Below are positions 33,623 through 45,421 of a stretch of DNA of 50,659 nucleotides, piece after piece. This stretch comes from Asterionella formosa (lineage: Eukaryota). The position numbers and the translations under genes are program-made. The stretch's first letter is position 1. Each line of letters begins with the position of its first letter. The stretch is taken from NCBI GenBank assembly GCA_002256025.1, contig NKIB01013830.1, forward strand, positions 1 through 50,659, read 5' to 3'. The notes beneath the pieces are model-generated. The model saw only the letters and a program-made list of their open reading frames with translations. It was not told the origin of the DNA and did no database searches.

Positions 33623-36377
33623 CAAGAAAATGAACGTGAGCATATGATACCACTGGATTTTGTCATACTGATAGTTCTCAGCTGATGGAGCGTCGATCCT
33701 TCTTTAGGGCCGTTATTATCGCTTTTTCATTGGCTCGTCATCATTTGATATCTTATTTGGGCTTGCTTTTGAAAATGACGGATTTTAGTTGTTATCACGG
33801 CTTTTTCAATGATCTAGCAATTGATCGATGACTGTATATCACAATTTTTGTCACGAATAAAAGAACTGTAAAAACGCCAGCATCACACTTATATTGCAAC
33901 AACTAAATTTTCTGTTTATATATTCTCTCGACATGGCTTTCAGATTCTTTGCTGGTCAAACAAGAATCACTGTTTATACTCTGTACCTGCTATTCATCAT
34001 CTCCTCCCCTCAACAAAGTTCTGCTACTCCAGACTATACCTTGGTTAATTGGTGAAATGAATAGTGAATTAGTGGCTTTCTCTGAATGTTCTGATACCGA
34101 TATTCCCATTTCAACATGCAGCTGATGAGGATGAATACGATATTGTTGAAAAGAAGCGACCTTTTTGTGTACCTGTCCTGTCAACATCGATAATAGCAGT
34201 AGTGTTGAAAAAAGAAAAGCTTTCGCTGGTGGAGGACCTGTTGACATTGATGAGTTCATTAACTTGCTTAAAGTACCTAATGTCTTTCTCTGGATGAAAG
34301 TGAGATGGTATTGAGTCATATAAAATGAGTTAACATAAAACGCATATCTTTCAATTTGCGTGAGATTTAAAGAGTCAGGGTATAGGAATGTCAAGAAGCA
34401 ATCACTAATTCCTTGATTATTTGTTTTTCTAATGAAGAGAGGCTAGTAGGTCAACTATAATCTCCTCCTATCACTTATAATGAAGACAAGGACAACAACG
34501 CACAATGATGATGAAAATAATCCTTTTATTGAAGAAAACGATGAAGAAGAAATTTGTGATTACGATATGGATTTTGATACACACAAACAAAAGCCGGACA
34601 AGGCAGAAGAAGAGCTTGACTTTGTTCTTAATTCGCATAGCAATGGTGATGATGACAAATCATGGCCTCTTCCAATTGAAAAGAAGATAACAAAACGAAT
34701 AAAGCTACAGGAGCAAAATCGAATCCCCCAAGTAGCGTCACATCTGTCAACACAAATTTTCATAATATCAATGCATACACCTGTGAGCAACAAGTAAAAA
34801 TATGTGCTGATGACCGAACGGGTTGGATACAAGAAAATTCAGGCACAAATACATTTTTGATCTGCACAAAACTACATACCTCGATGATGATGATGATGAT
34901 GATGATAATGACTGCAATGTTCTTGCCTTTTCAAAAGATCATTATTATGATCAAATGGGCAGGTATAGACAGTTATGATGCTATGTCCGCTGTCGAATTT
35001 TCTATGGCAATGGGGTACATTAACTTCCATTACCAAATTGCGTACAAGAACAACAAAAAGTCCAGGGGTCTTGATTACTTTTTTAACTTGTTGAAAGTCG
35101 ATCTTATATATATTACTTCCATTTATGCTTGTGCCAAGTTTCTCGCGTTCTCAAATTCGTTGTTTCATTGCTTCCAACATCAACATTCTGTGAAAGTACT
35201 GATATTGTCAAATGCTCTTCCTTATCCTCAAAGACTGTTGGCAGAAAGAAAGGAAAGTATTCGGCTATTTCTTCCTATCATTCTTCGTTGTCGTTGCAAA
35301 TCGCTAATGCTTTACAGTGTTTTGAACGTGTCAATCCAGAGAAAATTTAAGGTCTGCAGTCTTCAGCAGCACCCAGACAAGAAAACCAGATCCTTGATAT
35401 TGTGGATCTCTATAAGAGTCGTCTCAAGATTGCTCAAATGGAATTGGAAGAGTTGGACGATAGATATCTTTTGGTTCAGCTCCTTCAGCTGCTACTTCAG
35501 CTACCTGGTAGAGAAAGAGTTTATCCAGAACAATGTTATCATCACCTGTTTCAACATCAAAATCGTCGTTGGCATCAAGTGACGCTAGAGTTACCAACAG
35601 GATTCATGCTATGATTGATGTGGATTATAATATACTGCTGGTTGACCATCAAAATAGTCTGGAGGGATATACACATGATCTTTGCTGGCCAGTCCCTATT
35701 GAAGATTCATTTTACACCATGATACACTGTGATACGATTTTGTGGATAATGGAGGAAATTCAGTTCAAATCGAGTTCTCATTGCTGATACATTTTCAAAT
35801 GAAGTAATTCCCAATGCAAGAAGATAAGAAAGGTCCTGTAAGGAGGCGATGCATTCCCTTTTGCAGGAAGGAATAACAGGCCCTTAAATCACATAATTTA
35901 AAATTTCGGCTCCTAATGATGCTGCCAACTTTCTCTTTGCATTGTCGTTATTCTCTCTAGTTTGGGCAGATGAGCCGACACCTTCTAGCTTCCCTGTTCA
36001 TTCCTCGCTTCCTAGCTAGTGATGAGTGGATTGGGTCCTGATAAATTACAAATAAGTTTGATGGATCCTCTACCGAGATTTCATCAATACTTTTATGGTG
36101 CAATACTCCAAGGTACTGAATCAAACAGGATAATTCTCGATTTAAGTGCTTGTGCAATATTGTTTCTATTTACCATGAAATTCAGTTATTATATGGTTCA
36201 TAGTGTTTGCCTGTAGGTCATTTGGAAATACTTGGAGAGCTGCTTTTCCTTCATTATAATAGTCATCATTGAAAAAACCATGATACCCAATGGAATATGC
36301 ATAACTAAAATAATAATAAAAGAACCAACTACAATAACTATAATCTTCATAATGCATTCGAAAAAATAACTGTAGCC

Positions 36378-37565
36378 TTAATCAATTCCTTCATTGTCAT
36401 CATCATGACTGGGATCATATGCGAAAATTCTAGGCTCTGCTGCCCCGCCACTGGATTCATATAATCCATACTGTGCATCATATTCATCATCGTCATCATG
36501 AATATAGCCATTCGAAATATAGCTCGTTTGGGTTCCTTCTGGCATGTTGTAGATGGGAATATGTCTGTACTTATCATCATAGTCAGATCCGTTATCTTCT
36601 CCACTTTCGTTCTCTTCTTCGGGGTAATCATTGGCGTCTGCATCTTCCGCATTTGAATCTTCATCATCGTCATCGTACTTGAGTGAATCTGCTTCCCCAA
36701 AATCTTCAGGGCAAAGAGCTTCCAAGATTAATTCTCCAAATTCATTCCAGTAACCTACACCTCCAGATAAATCAACTCTTAGTGGATGATGCTGCTTGAT
36801 GTCATCCTCTTCTTCCACAACATCCTTATGAAGATGATAAATATCATAAACAAAATCAGAAGTATCAGCCCCAAAGGCCTCCAACACTTCCGCAACATGC
36901 ACGTGACTTGTTGATAGGGCAACTTGATATGGACGCTGATGCGAGTGATCTGAATGCTCTAACAATTTATGCGATGAGTAGACCATGCACAACCTCCGAC
37001 ACATTTCCACATCATTGAACAAAGCACACAAGTGGAGGATGTTTGACCCGTCGTCGCATTCCACCAGAATCCACATTTTGCAGTCCAAGGATAAACCCGG
37101 ATCTTGTTCAATATAGTTCAAATGCTGAAGGACAGTCTTGTTACCTGCTTGAACCATCTCGAGGGATTCTTTGACCAATCTAGCAGCGGGATTCATGATG
37201 GTTGCTCGCCGTTGAATTTTGTGAGCTGGAGATGACGACGGTGACTCCTGAACAAGCGTCAGAAGTCGCTGCTTCTTGCTACTTGACTCCCCCTCCAATA
37301 TTGCATCTACGCAAGTTATTGAGCGCTTGGTTATGAAACTGACTGCTTGATGCGGCTCCAATGCTGTTTCCTTGCGCTTCCAAACGAGATGGTTTGTTGT
37401 TCGCTTGGAAGGATCAGCTTCAGATTTCACCGTGGATTCCCCGAGCGCCTCTACCAAATTAGCTATTTCATCCACTCTTGGTCGCTTTTTGCCCTGGAAT
37501 GTAAGGACAGGGACTGGAGCCACATGGCGGGGGCGCTTGATTCGAAGAACCGTCGTGCTGCTCAT
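36378..37565 (-). CDS. IWR1: Iwr1/SLC7A6OS-like RNA polymerase II nuclear-import factor with an internal ankyrin-like region
   Basis: N-terminal VLRIKRPR, FVYDIY and DDDEDSNAEDADANDYPEEE are the Iwr1 signature motifs. GSNILHLCALFNDVEMCRRL and RPYQVALSTSHVHVAEVLEAFGAD resemble two ankyrin repeats. Confidence 0.7.
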   Translation of the reverse strand: MSSTTVLRIKRPRHVAPVPVLTFQGKKRPRVDEIANLVEALGESTVKSEADPSKRTTNHLVWKRKETALEPHQAVSFITKRSITCVDAILEGESSSKKQRLLTLVQESPSSSPAHKIQRRATIMNPAARLVKESLEMVQAGNKTVLQHLNYIEQDPGLSLDCKMWILVECDDGSNILHLCALFNDVEMCRRLCMVYSSHKLLEHSDHSHQRPYQVALSTSHVHVAEVLEAFGADTSDFVYDIYHLHKDVVEEEDDIKQHHPLRVDLSGGVGYWNEFGELILEALCPEDFGEADSLKYDDDDEDSNAEDADANDYPEEENESGEDNGSDYDDKYRHIPIYNMPEGTQTSYISNGYIHDDDDEYDAQYGLYESSGGAAEPRIFAYDPSHDDDNEGID

Positions 37566-38142
37566 GGTCTCCTGTGTATTGTTATTTTTTCACCTGTATG
37601 AATATACCGGTTTACGCATACATACGAGGGATTGATCCTTTGCATTACCGGTACGTATGTATAGAAAACTTACCAACTTCCAGGTACCAGGTACTAACCC
37701 TTGCCTGTCCTCCGAGCACCGGTAGGTACCAGGTATGTGCGTACCGCTACTGATACATAGTATCCCTTTACGTGTTTGTAATGGTACTAGCACCAGGTAT
37801 CGAACAGTACAAATCTTAGGCTACCCATGCTTCTGCCGGCCGGCCGAAATTCTTCCTTTGAGAGTCGTTCTGCCCAGCAGAAGGTATGCTTAGTATCCTG
37901 GGTACTGGTGTGTATTTTGAAGTACACCATGGAGTTGCCTACAATGTATACTGCTACACATCTAGTACCTGGTACCAACTAAATTTATTACACCATTCTA
38001 TATTGTTTTCTGCCGTCGTCTTCTTGTGACTTGGCTGCATCTTTTCTTGATTCCTGCTCATTATTATGTTCTCGTGTAAAATAATTCTTTTGCAGCTACA
38101 TTAATAAGGCAGCAAGTCAGATAAATCATCTCGCTCATTAGT

Positions 38143-39096
38143 ATGTCAGCACCAACAACGGCAGCGGCAATTCCAACCATTCGCTTGGACGACCCAGACG
38201 AGGCACAAAAAGTGGCCTCACTTCGATCGGCTTGCATCAATGTTGGCTTCTTCTACCTAGAAGGCCACGGAATCTCCGAGGAATTTCTAGATCAAGTGTT
38301 TGCGCAATCTAAGGCGCTCTTTGATCTGCCCCTAGAAGAAAAGCTCAATCTACAAGATTGCATCCTCAATCGTGGATACACTGCGATGGAAGAAGAAACA
38401 TTGGATCCCGCTCATCAGTCAAAGGGAGATACGAAGGAAGGATTTTATATTGGCAAGGACGTTCCTCAAGAACTTTTCGATGCTACCAAATTGTCTGGTC
38501 CGAATCAGTGGCCAACGAAATCATGTCCCGATTTTCAGTCCATCATGACATCCTATCGAGATCAAATTAGTCAGGTAGGATATAGGCTGGTACAACTTCT
38601 GGCTTTGGCCATTGGGTTGGAAGACAAGCACTACTTTGATGAATACTTCGCAGATCCCATATGCACACTGAGACTCCTGCACTACTCAAGGGAAACATCC
38701 AAACCTGAGGACGGCGTGTTTGCTTGTGGCGCTCATTCAGATTATGGTGTGATTACATTGCTTTTGACTGACTCAAATCCTGGTTTGGAAATTTATGACA
38801 CCGCCATCCAGCAATGGATCAGTGTCCCACCCCGGCCGACTGCATTTGTTGTCAATCTGGGCGACATGTTGGAACGATGGACGAATGGGTTGTTTCGATC
38901 CACGCTACATCGAGTCCTAACTGCAGGAGATACCGATAGATATAGTATTCCCGTCTTTTATGATCCTCATTTTGACACCGAGATCAAAGTGTTGGAGGTG
39001 TGCTGTCGTGAAGAACCAGCCAAGTATCCTCCCACAACGGTGGGACAGCATTTGATGAGTAAATACCGCGAGACACATTCTGAATTTGAGCAATGA
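38143..39096 (+). CDS. 2-oxoglutarate/Fe(II)-dependent dioxygenase (IPNS/DIOX_N family)
   Basis: ACINVGFFYLEGHGI, LRLLHY, HSDYG (HxD), VVNLGDMLERWTNG, STLHRV (distal His), RYS (2OG binding). Substrate unknown. Confidence 0.93.
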   Translation: MSAPTTAAAIPTIRLDDPDEAQKVASLRSACINVGFFYLEGHGISEEFLDQVFAQSKALFDLPLEEKLNLQDCILNRGYTAMEEETLDPAHQSKGDTKEGFYIGKDVPQELFDATKLSGPNQWPTKSCPDFQSIMTSYRDQISQVGYRLVQLLALAIGLEDKHYFDEYFADPICTLRLLHYSRETSKPEDGVFACGAHSDYGVITLLLTDSNPGLEIYDTAIQQWISVPPRPTAFVVNLGDMLERWTNGLFRSTLHRVLTAGDTDRYSIPVFYDPHFDTEIKVLEVCCREEPAKYPPTTVGQHLMSKYRETHSEFEQ

Positions 39097-39158
39097 AGCG
39101 AAGAAATATCTTACATGTATAGTAGAGAATGTCCTCTTGGCGGTAGAATTAAATCTAA

Positions 39159-40724
39159 CTATCTTTTTGTTTTCTTTGTTTTGCTCTTTTTGGATTTGAT
39201 TGCCATAGCCAAATCGTTGACATCGTCATCGTCCTCCAAAGTTGTGCCCTTTTTTATGGGCTCTTTATTTATTTTGTCAAATTCAGTTTGCAGCGTGATC
39301 GTCGTTTCTTCTTCGTCGTCTGATTCATGGGCTGCATTCTGTTTTGCCTTTTCGGCAAACTGAGAAAACTCCTCCATGGCAACGTCCTTTTTTGATGGCA
39401 GGATTTTAGCGGCAAAAGCTTCTGTCACCATTTCTTGCATTGGTTCGTCCTTGTCTTGCACTTGCACGGACTTAAGCATGGCAGCCAGTAATGACGACGA
39501 CTCCTTCGTCTTGTATGTGTCCGCAGTCTCCTTGACCCGTGCCGCCACATGACCTTGCGTAAAATCTAAAGCCTTGAGTCGATATTCTTCTTCTTCTTTG
39601 CTAGCTTGTTCCACGAACGACGGTGTTTCCACAAATAACTCCACTTCGGCCCCCATTTCCTCTTCTTGCCAAAATGGCACTTGCGGTGGACCCTGCGGCA
39701 GGGGAGGTAGGCTCTGCTGTAGTCGCCGTAACCTTCCTAAATTCGCAGTCTCATCTGCTTTCGTTAGCGATTCTTCCAACATGTGACAGAGCTTCACAAT
39801 CGCATTTTTTGCTAGGGTCCAACACTGACGCAACTGCCCGGCCTTGAGTTCACATCCTCCTCCGAAGTCCAACAGGCATACTTCAGCATGAACATTCATA
39901 CCGATGGAAATAGCACCAGTCTGAACGAGTTCTTCGCGATCTGTCGGATCCAATAAGGCAGCGACAGTACTGGTGCTGCTGGTGGAAAGGGCCATATCGT
40001 CGGCGTGAATCAAAGCAAAACTACAAGTGAGTGGAGTATGGTGGAGTGGCAGAGGGGTCGGTTCGCGGATGTCTGCATGCATCAGTGAAAAGTTGGTTGC
40101 ATCCACATGGGGCTTTCTGTAGTGACGGAGAGATGCCATCGCAGCTAGGATGCTTGCATCTAGGGCATTCCCGCCGTGATCCAATAGTCGTACTTGCAGG
40201 GTAAGTTTCCAGACCCAAGCGCCGGAGGAAACACAAAGAGCTTCCGTGTCCAACGCGCCTCCGGTCAAAATGGTACGTTCTAAACATCGCAATATTCTGT
40301 TGGAGAGCAGTTTTTGATGTGAATCATGCATGGTGGGGAGACTTGTATCGCCTCCGCCTGGGGTCGTCGTCAGCGCGGCTGCCATTACAAAGGAAGTGGA
40401 TGCCATTGGACTCAGTTGAACTGAAATGGACAAGACACCTTCCGAAGGTCGTTCTGGATTCGGAGGCTGCAGCGAGCCTGTCAGTGTGGCTGAAACTCTC
40501 GTAGAGCCCCACTGCACAGTACATTCTGCCCCGTTGTCCCATCGGTTCAATGTTGTTTGAATCTTGCGCAAATCGCCCGGTCCCCTTCCATCGCCTCGAA
40601 TGACTCGTGATGAGTGCTCTGCTAGCGCACAGGATCGAAGGAAGTTGCGTTCATTTGTGGAGAGCGACTTGAGGCCAGCGTCGTCACGGATGGCAACATG
40701 GGACCGAGTATTCGTCGTCGCCAT
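39159..40724 (-). CDS. RRP45: Exosome complex component RRP45 (EXOSC9), RNase PH fold
   Basis: RGDGRGPGDLR, ALDTEALCVSSGAWVW, LLDHGGNALDASILAAMASLRHYRKP, REPTPLPLHHTP, LLDPTDREE. Acidic/basic C-terminal tail. Confidence 0.88.
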   Translation of the reverse strand: MATTNTRSHVAIRDDAGLKSLSTNERNFLRSCALAEHSSRVIRGDGRGPGDLRKIQTTLNRWDNGAECTVQWGSTRVSATLTGSLQPPNPERPSEGVLSISVQLSPMASTSFVMAAALTTTPGGGDTSLPTMHDSHQKLLSNRILRCLERTILTGGALDTEALCVSSGAWVWKLTLQVRLLDHGGNALDASILAAMASLRHYRKPHVDATNFSLMHADIREPTPLPLHHTPLTCSFALIHADDMALSTSSTSTVAALLDPTDREELVQTGAISIGMNVHAEVCLLDFGGGCELKAGQLRQCWTLAKNAIVKLCHMLEESLTKADETANLGRLRRLQQSLPPLPQGPPQVPFWQEEEMGAEVELFVETPSFVEQASKEEEEYRLKALDFTQGHVAARVKETADTYKTKESSSLLAAMLKSVQVQDKDEPMQEMVTEAFAAKILPSKKDVAMEEFSQFAEKAKQNAAHESDDEEETTITLQTEFDKINKEPIKKGTTLEDDDDVNDLAMAIKSKKSKTKKTKR

Positions 40725-41801
40725 TGTGTCAACTGCAGATCCTTGCCCTATCTATGAGCGGGGAATGGTGTTGTCATCGCCGTGTACCTGCTGTAACACA
40801 TTCATACATCATACCCGGCACGGTACGAGGTAGACTATCTTGTATACTGGATGAAGTACCAGTAAACATACCGGTACCTACCGTACTTCTACTAGGTATA
40901 TAAGATAACTACCGGTATGTATTGTTATTGGCTCTAAAACATCGAGTCGAGCTAGTATTTTGTTTCTGTCCTTGGCTGCGGAATCATTCGACCAGCCACG
41001 ATGTTGGCGGGCGGCGGCTCTACGTTCCGATGATACACCACCAGTGAGACGAATCATGCTACCTGGTACTTACTACCTGGTACCAGGTACCGTTTTCTAA
41101 TTCGCTGCTCGTCGTACCGGTACTGTACTTGTCGAGAATAATACCGGTAGCTAGAATAGCAGCTGCCGTCTCGTGCAGCATAATCATACGGCCGGTAAGT
41201 AGGATACAATAGTTTTCTAAAGTTCTTTCTTGAAATGACGTGGTGTTCACTCAGGCGTTGATTATTATATTTCCCAATGTTCAGTATCATCATATGATTC
41301 CATTGCTTGAGAAGAGTTTGTACAAGGTACCTAGTAGGTACAGTACCAGTACATACCCGGTATGATGCAGCCAGTTCCAGAATTTTGAAAACAAAATTCA
41401 TTCTTAAAAAAATAATGATATTCACATATTCCGGTATGAATATTGTAGGTACCTGGTACTTACAATTGCGTACGCTGGTTTTCTTCAACGACTTTGACTG
41501 ACACGCCATCATACTCTATGCCGGTACATAAATACCAGTACCAGGTACACCAGGATACGGTACCTGGTAACAGGGTACTGGCACCCTGGTACCGGTACTC
41601 TATTCTATATGTGTGGTTCTTTTTCGATTTACTACTACATACAGAAAAGAATAAAATATGCATGCTTCACGTCGCTCAACTTCACTCGTGGGGATTGTTC
41701 TTGTTCCCATTAGAGTTAGCTTTCTCACAAAATTAAAGATCCAGTTTCCCTCGGACCTTTCAAAATCTCATTTCCAAAACGAATCTAAATTTTCATTAAT
41801 C

Positions 41802-42184
41802 ATGGCGATTGCTGCAACTTCATCTCGTGCTCTCCATCGTTATTCCAGACGAGCGATCTCCACATATATTGAACCTGGCCCCTTGTTTTCTGCTACTTGC
41901 ACTGACCCCCGCGTTCGCCAAGCTTGCTTGACAAGGCCCAAAATAACAATAGCATCGAAATTACCAGAACAAGGAATTCTCCTTTTTTCCATGCCATCGC
42001 TTGCGGAGCTTGGGATCCAGGGAGGAGAAGCGATTCCAGGGGACAAGACAATGTGGGAGCTCATGGTACGTTCACTGTTTGGACTTCTACAATTTTCAAA
42101 CTTGTGATTGACTCTGGTTTTCCTGGTTGCTTGTCGTTTCAGAAACTGAAACAATCAAATGATCGATTTGATCGTTGTCTTTAA
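41802..42184 (+). CDS. Small hypothetical protein (~101 aa), possibly mitochondrial; exons 41802-42065, 42143-42184
   Basis: Arg/Ser-rich, acid-free N-terminus MAIAATSSRALHRYSRRAIST. A GTACGT...TTGAC...TTTCAG 77-bp phase-0 intron leads to KLKQSNDRFDRCL*. Confidence 0.5.
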
Positions 42185-42478
42185 TCGAAGGACGCTGGGG
42201 TTATGATGCATTCAAAGAAAACGAAGGTCATTCTTCTGCACATTTCAGATTGTACATTAAATACATCAGCACAAAGAATCATTAAAATCCACTAAATGCT
42301 TCTTAAACAACTGCCATCTACAGCAAAAAATTGATGCTTCAATAAAGAATTCGAGCAGGATGTGCCGCAGAGTATATGCATCTAATATAATAGCCATTAA
42401 CTGGTACTATAAAACAATTTACTAAAATAATTTCGGCTTTTCAGAACAGGGCTTGTCGCCCGCATTTCAGACTAGTAG

Positions 42479-45421
42479 CTACGATGCCCCCATAATTTGC
42501 CGGAAAAACGTGAAGAGCTTTTGCCCAGTAACAGGGCCAGCAATCTCCCGCAGTCTCTCCCTTGACATTGCCACCAGATCGGTCAAGGAATCGCATTCCT
42601 TCATAATTTTTCGTGCATTATGAACATTAACTCCAGGCATCCGTAAAAGCATATCACGCGCTGCATCATTGATGTCGTCTTCCTCCTCTCGCAATACTTG
42701 TTTAAAGGCGTCTTCAGAATCGTTACGGCCGACTTCGATAGCCTTTTCTACGTCAACTTCATCGTGATTGGCTTTGAGTTCTTTGAAGATACGCAAAGTT
42801 TCATGGGGACTTTTGGACCATAGAATACGGAGATGTGGAAAGTGCATGGTTAACAAGGCCATCTTGGAGCAGGTGGAATCAGTTCGAATCTCGACGCCAA
42901 GTTCGTTAGAGTTTTGAAGACTAAAAGACTTGCTAGGATCGAACTCAATCAAAAGGCACGGACATTTGTAATGCTTGGACATGCTCTCTACTTGAGTGTA
43001 AAGGCGGCCACTTGCGAAACTTCCAAACAAATCACTTATTGATTTGCGTTCGACACAATGGACGTTGCTCAACACGAAATCACCAACAGTTAATGTGACG
43101 GGAGCCAATCGCATTCCGCCTTGATGCAAGATGGAAGGCAATGCAGATCGAAACTCACGAACATCGACAGCAATATCACGTTTAGTATTGTCTTTCTTCG
43201 CCTTGCCTCTACCGGTCCTTGTATCGATTGACAACGGCAACGCTCCTTCAGCATACGATCCCGCCACCTGGCCAGTTGCCATGGCTTGCTGCATTTCTTG
43301 CGTCGTCCCTGCCAAAGTATAGACTGGCAATGGCATGGTCTTCTTGTGATGAATGAGGCGCTCAAAGGCATTCTGTTCACGCTCCAACGATTTCATAAAC
43401 GTCTTTTCTTCGGCACTGGCTTCAAACAACAAAAAATAAACTCGAAGTTGATCCATAGCAGAATCACGGAGGCTTGAATGAATCTCAATCGATCTGACAA
43501 AGGAGACAACAGCGTCATAAAGAATAATATATGAAGGTTCCAAGTCCTGAAGCAGTAAACTGGCGTCATTCCCGTTCATGCTAGAGTAAGACTTGAGAAC
43601 AACCTTCACACCATCGGGTTCTGTCGCTTGATACCACAAGTCTTCGTTATCGTGTTCGTCATGTTCTCCCTCCCAGTGAAATCGATGAGATTCCTCAACC
43701 TTCAGGTCCTGTTCCATCTCTTCTAAAGCTTCGTCAAGGACAGCACGCTGGTTCCGATCGTCCATACCGTGCAGTGTTTGGTCACCACGGCCCTTTTCCA
43801 CTGCGATTCGTCGTCTCTTCCTCATGAAATCCGGCACATGATTAAGTGGTCGCTTTGGTTCAGCATTTTTCGTTCCATTTTTGACCCCAAACAGCAAATT
43901 CCTAGCTCGGCCTTCGTCTTCTAGTAACAGTCTTGCTTCTTCTGAAATGGCCGAAGTTCCTCCCGTTGTCTTGGATACGGATCTGGATCGATCGTTGTTG
44001 GACTCGAGATAGCTCAACCATCGGAGTGTCATGGTCCGGTCCTTACCATCCACTAAATATGACCGAATATTGTCCAAGGTTCTTTGATCCTTTACCATCA
44101 CCACGAGATTGGCAGCAGAATGACTCGCCTTTTCATGGTCTTGCAAAATCTCTTTTATGAGAGAGGCAAGGAGCCTCCATTTAGGGTTCTCTTCAAGAAT
44201 GGGAATTAGTTTGGCAACTGGAGTCGGAACCTTTTTGGTTGCTTTGGGGACGATTAATTGATACATTCGCTCCTTGGCCTTGCTAAAGAGCAAATTCCCA
44301 GCTGGTGACAAAAGCCACATACTAGGATTACGAGAAGCAGCCGACATGCACTTGATGGAATTAATAAGTTTCCAAAAGGAAACACAATCATAATGTATCA
44401 ACGATTGAAAGAGTGTGCGTAAAGTTCGTAAATCTTGCACCAGTTGTTTAGTCTTTGGCGAGAGTCGATGCCATTCTGGTTCCAATTGACGAGAAATGGC
44501 TTGATCAAAGGACTTGGTAACACAGTTCTCGATGCTGAGGTCAGTGTCACTCCACTCCAACTTTGTAGTCAAACTCTTGAGTTCGCGCATGACCGTAATA
44601 ACACAAGCAGCTATGGCGGATTGAATTTCTTTCATTGTGGGGGATAACTCTTGACGAAGTTCTTCCACCTGGGGAGGATTTCGGTCCAGCTCATCGGCGA
44701 TGGAGGAATGAAAGCGAGGGAATAAGAATAGTCGGCGAACGTACAGGGCCTTCAGAATTTTGTCCACCTGAGCAAAGCCACTCAACAATGCCTCAGGTGC
44801 ATCTGACAGAGCTTTAACAAATCCAGGATTTTCTGGAGATATGAATTGCTTTTGAGTTCGAAAGATACGCAAAATAAATGCTTCCGTGGACTGTTCCGTT
44901 ACGTTTTCTGCATGGGCCACAATGAGTCCTTCGATGTACCTAGGGTTAGCCACATTCGTCAATAAATCCACAATCAAAATCCTTGAAGTGATGCAGAAGA
45001 CGCCTCCTCGAGCATAGAGGACGGCTCTATCCTTGGCCTGGCCGGATTCGTTGGTAATCATTTGGGGCAGAATATTCGAAGGTGTCCCCCACGTCTCGAG
45101 AATAGAAACCAAAGCGTCGCGGTCGCCTTCTTTCAGACCCAAGACAAAAACGAGCGGAGGCGTCTGTTGAGGCGTACTGACATCTTTTCCTATGCTTGCA
45201 TGCCCTTCTTCGACATCGGCATAGAAACGAACGAAACTTGCAAGTAGAGGCAACAGACCAAGGCCCCTTCCGAGAACTAACAGACCATCTTCAGCATACA
45301 AATCTTCGAAAGCCTCAGACAAATATGTTGGAAGGACGCCTGGTGGAATAAGCGGCTCTTTCGGCGATTCTTGATCGTCATTTTCGTCCTTGTCCTTGTC
45401 CTTGTCCTTGTCAAGGGGCAT
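42479..45421 (-). CDS. XPF: DNA repair endonuclease XPF (ERCC4/Rad1)
   Basis: Helicase-like N-terminus (GGVFCITSRILIVDLL, EAFILRIFR, LEENPKW), nuclease VDVREFRSALP and GDFVLS...CVERKSISDLFGSFASGRL, C-terminal HhH (LLRMPGV). Confidence 0.95.
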   Translation of the reverse strand: MPLDKDKDKDKDENDDQESPKEPLIPPGVLPTYLSEAFEDLYAEDGLLVLGRGLGLLPLLASFVRFYADVEEGHASIGKDVSTPQQTPPLVFVLGLKEGDRDALVSILETWGTPSNILPQMITNESGQAKDRAVLYARGGVFCITSRILIVDLLTNVANPRYIEGLIVAHAENVTEQSTEAFILRIFRTQKQFISPENPGFVKALSDAPEALLSGFAQVDKILKALYVRRLFLFPRFHSSIADELDRNPPQVEELRQELSPTMKEIQSAIAACVITVMRELKSLTTKLEWSDTDLSIENCVTKSFDQAISRQLEPEWHRLSPKTKQLVQDLRTLRTLFQSLIHYDCVSFWKLINSIKCMSAASRNPSMWLLSPAGNLLFSKAKERMYQLIVPKATKKVPTPVAKLIPILEENPKWRLLASLIKEILQDHEKASHSAANLVVMVKDQRTLDNIRSYLVDGKDRTMTLRWLSYLESNNDRSRSVSKTTGGTSAISEEARLLLEDEGRARNLLFGVKNGTKNAEPKRPLNHVPDFMRKRRRIAVEKGRGDQTLHGMDDRNQRAVLDEALEEMEQDLKVEESHRFHWEGEHDEHDNEDLWYQATEPDGVKVVLKSYSSMNGNDASLLLQDLEPSYIILYDAVVSFVRSIEIHSSLRDSAMDQLRVYFLLFEASAEEKTFMKSLEREQNAFERLIHHKKTMPLPVYTLAGTTQEMQQAMATGQVAGSYAEGALPLSIDTRTGRGKAKKDNTKRDIAVDVREFRSALPSILHQGGMRLAPVTLTVGDFVLSNVHCVERKSISDLFGSFASGRLYTQVESMSKHYKCPCLLIEFDPSKSFSLQNSNELGVEIRTDSTCSKMALLTMHFPHLRILWSKSPHETLRIFKELKANHDEVDVEKAIEVGRNDSEDAFKQVLREEEDDINDAARDMLLRMPGVNVHNARKIMKECDSLTDLVAMSRERLREIAGPVTGQKLFTFFRQIMGAS

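Noticed and set aside
41054..41736. ORFs rich in VPGT/WYQV/RYLV
   Set aside because: Translations of the intergenic GGTACC-type motif, not proteins.
45385..45412. (TCCTTG)n repeat
   Set aside because: Ordinary coding microsatellite giving DKDKDKDK at the XPF N-terminus.
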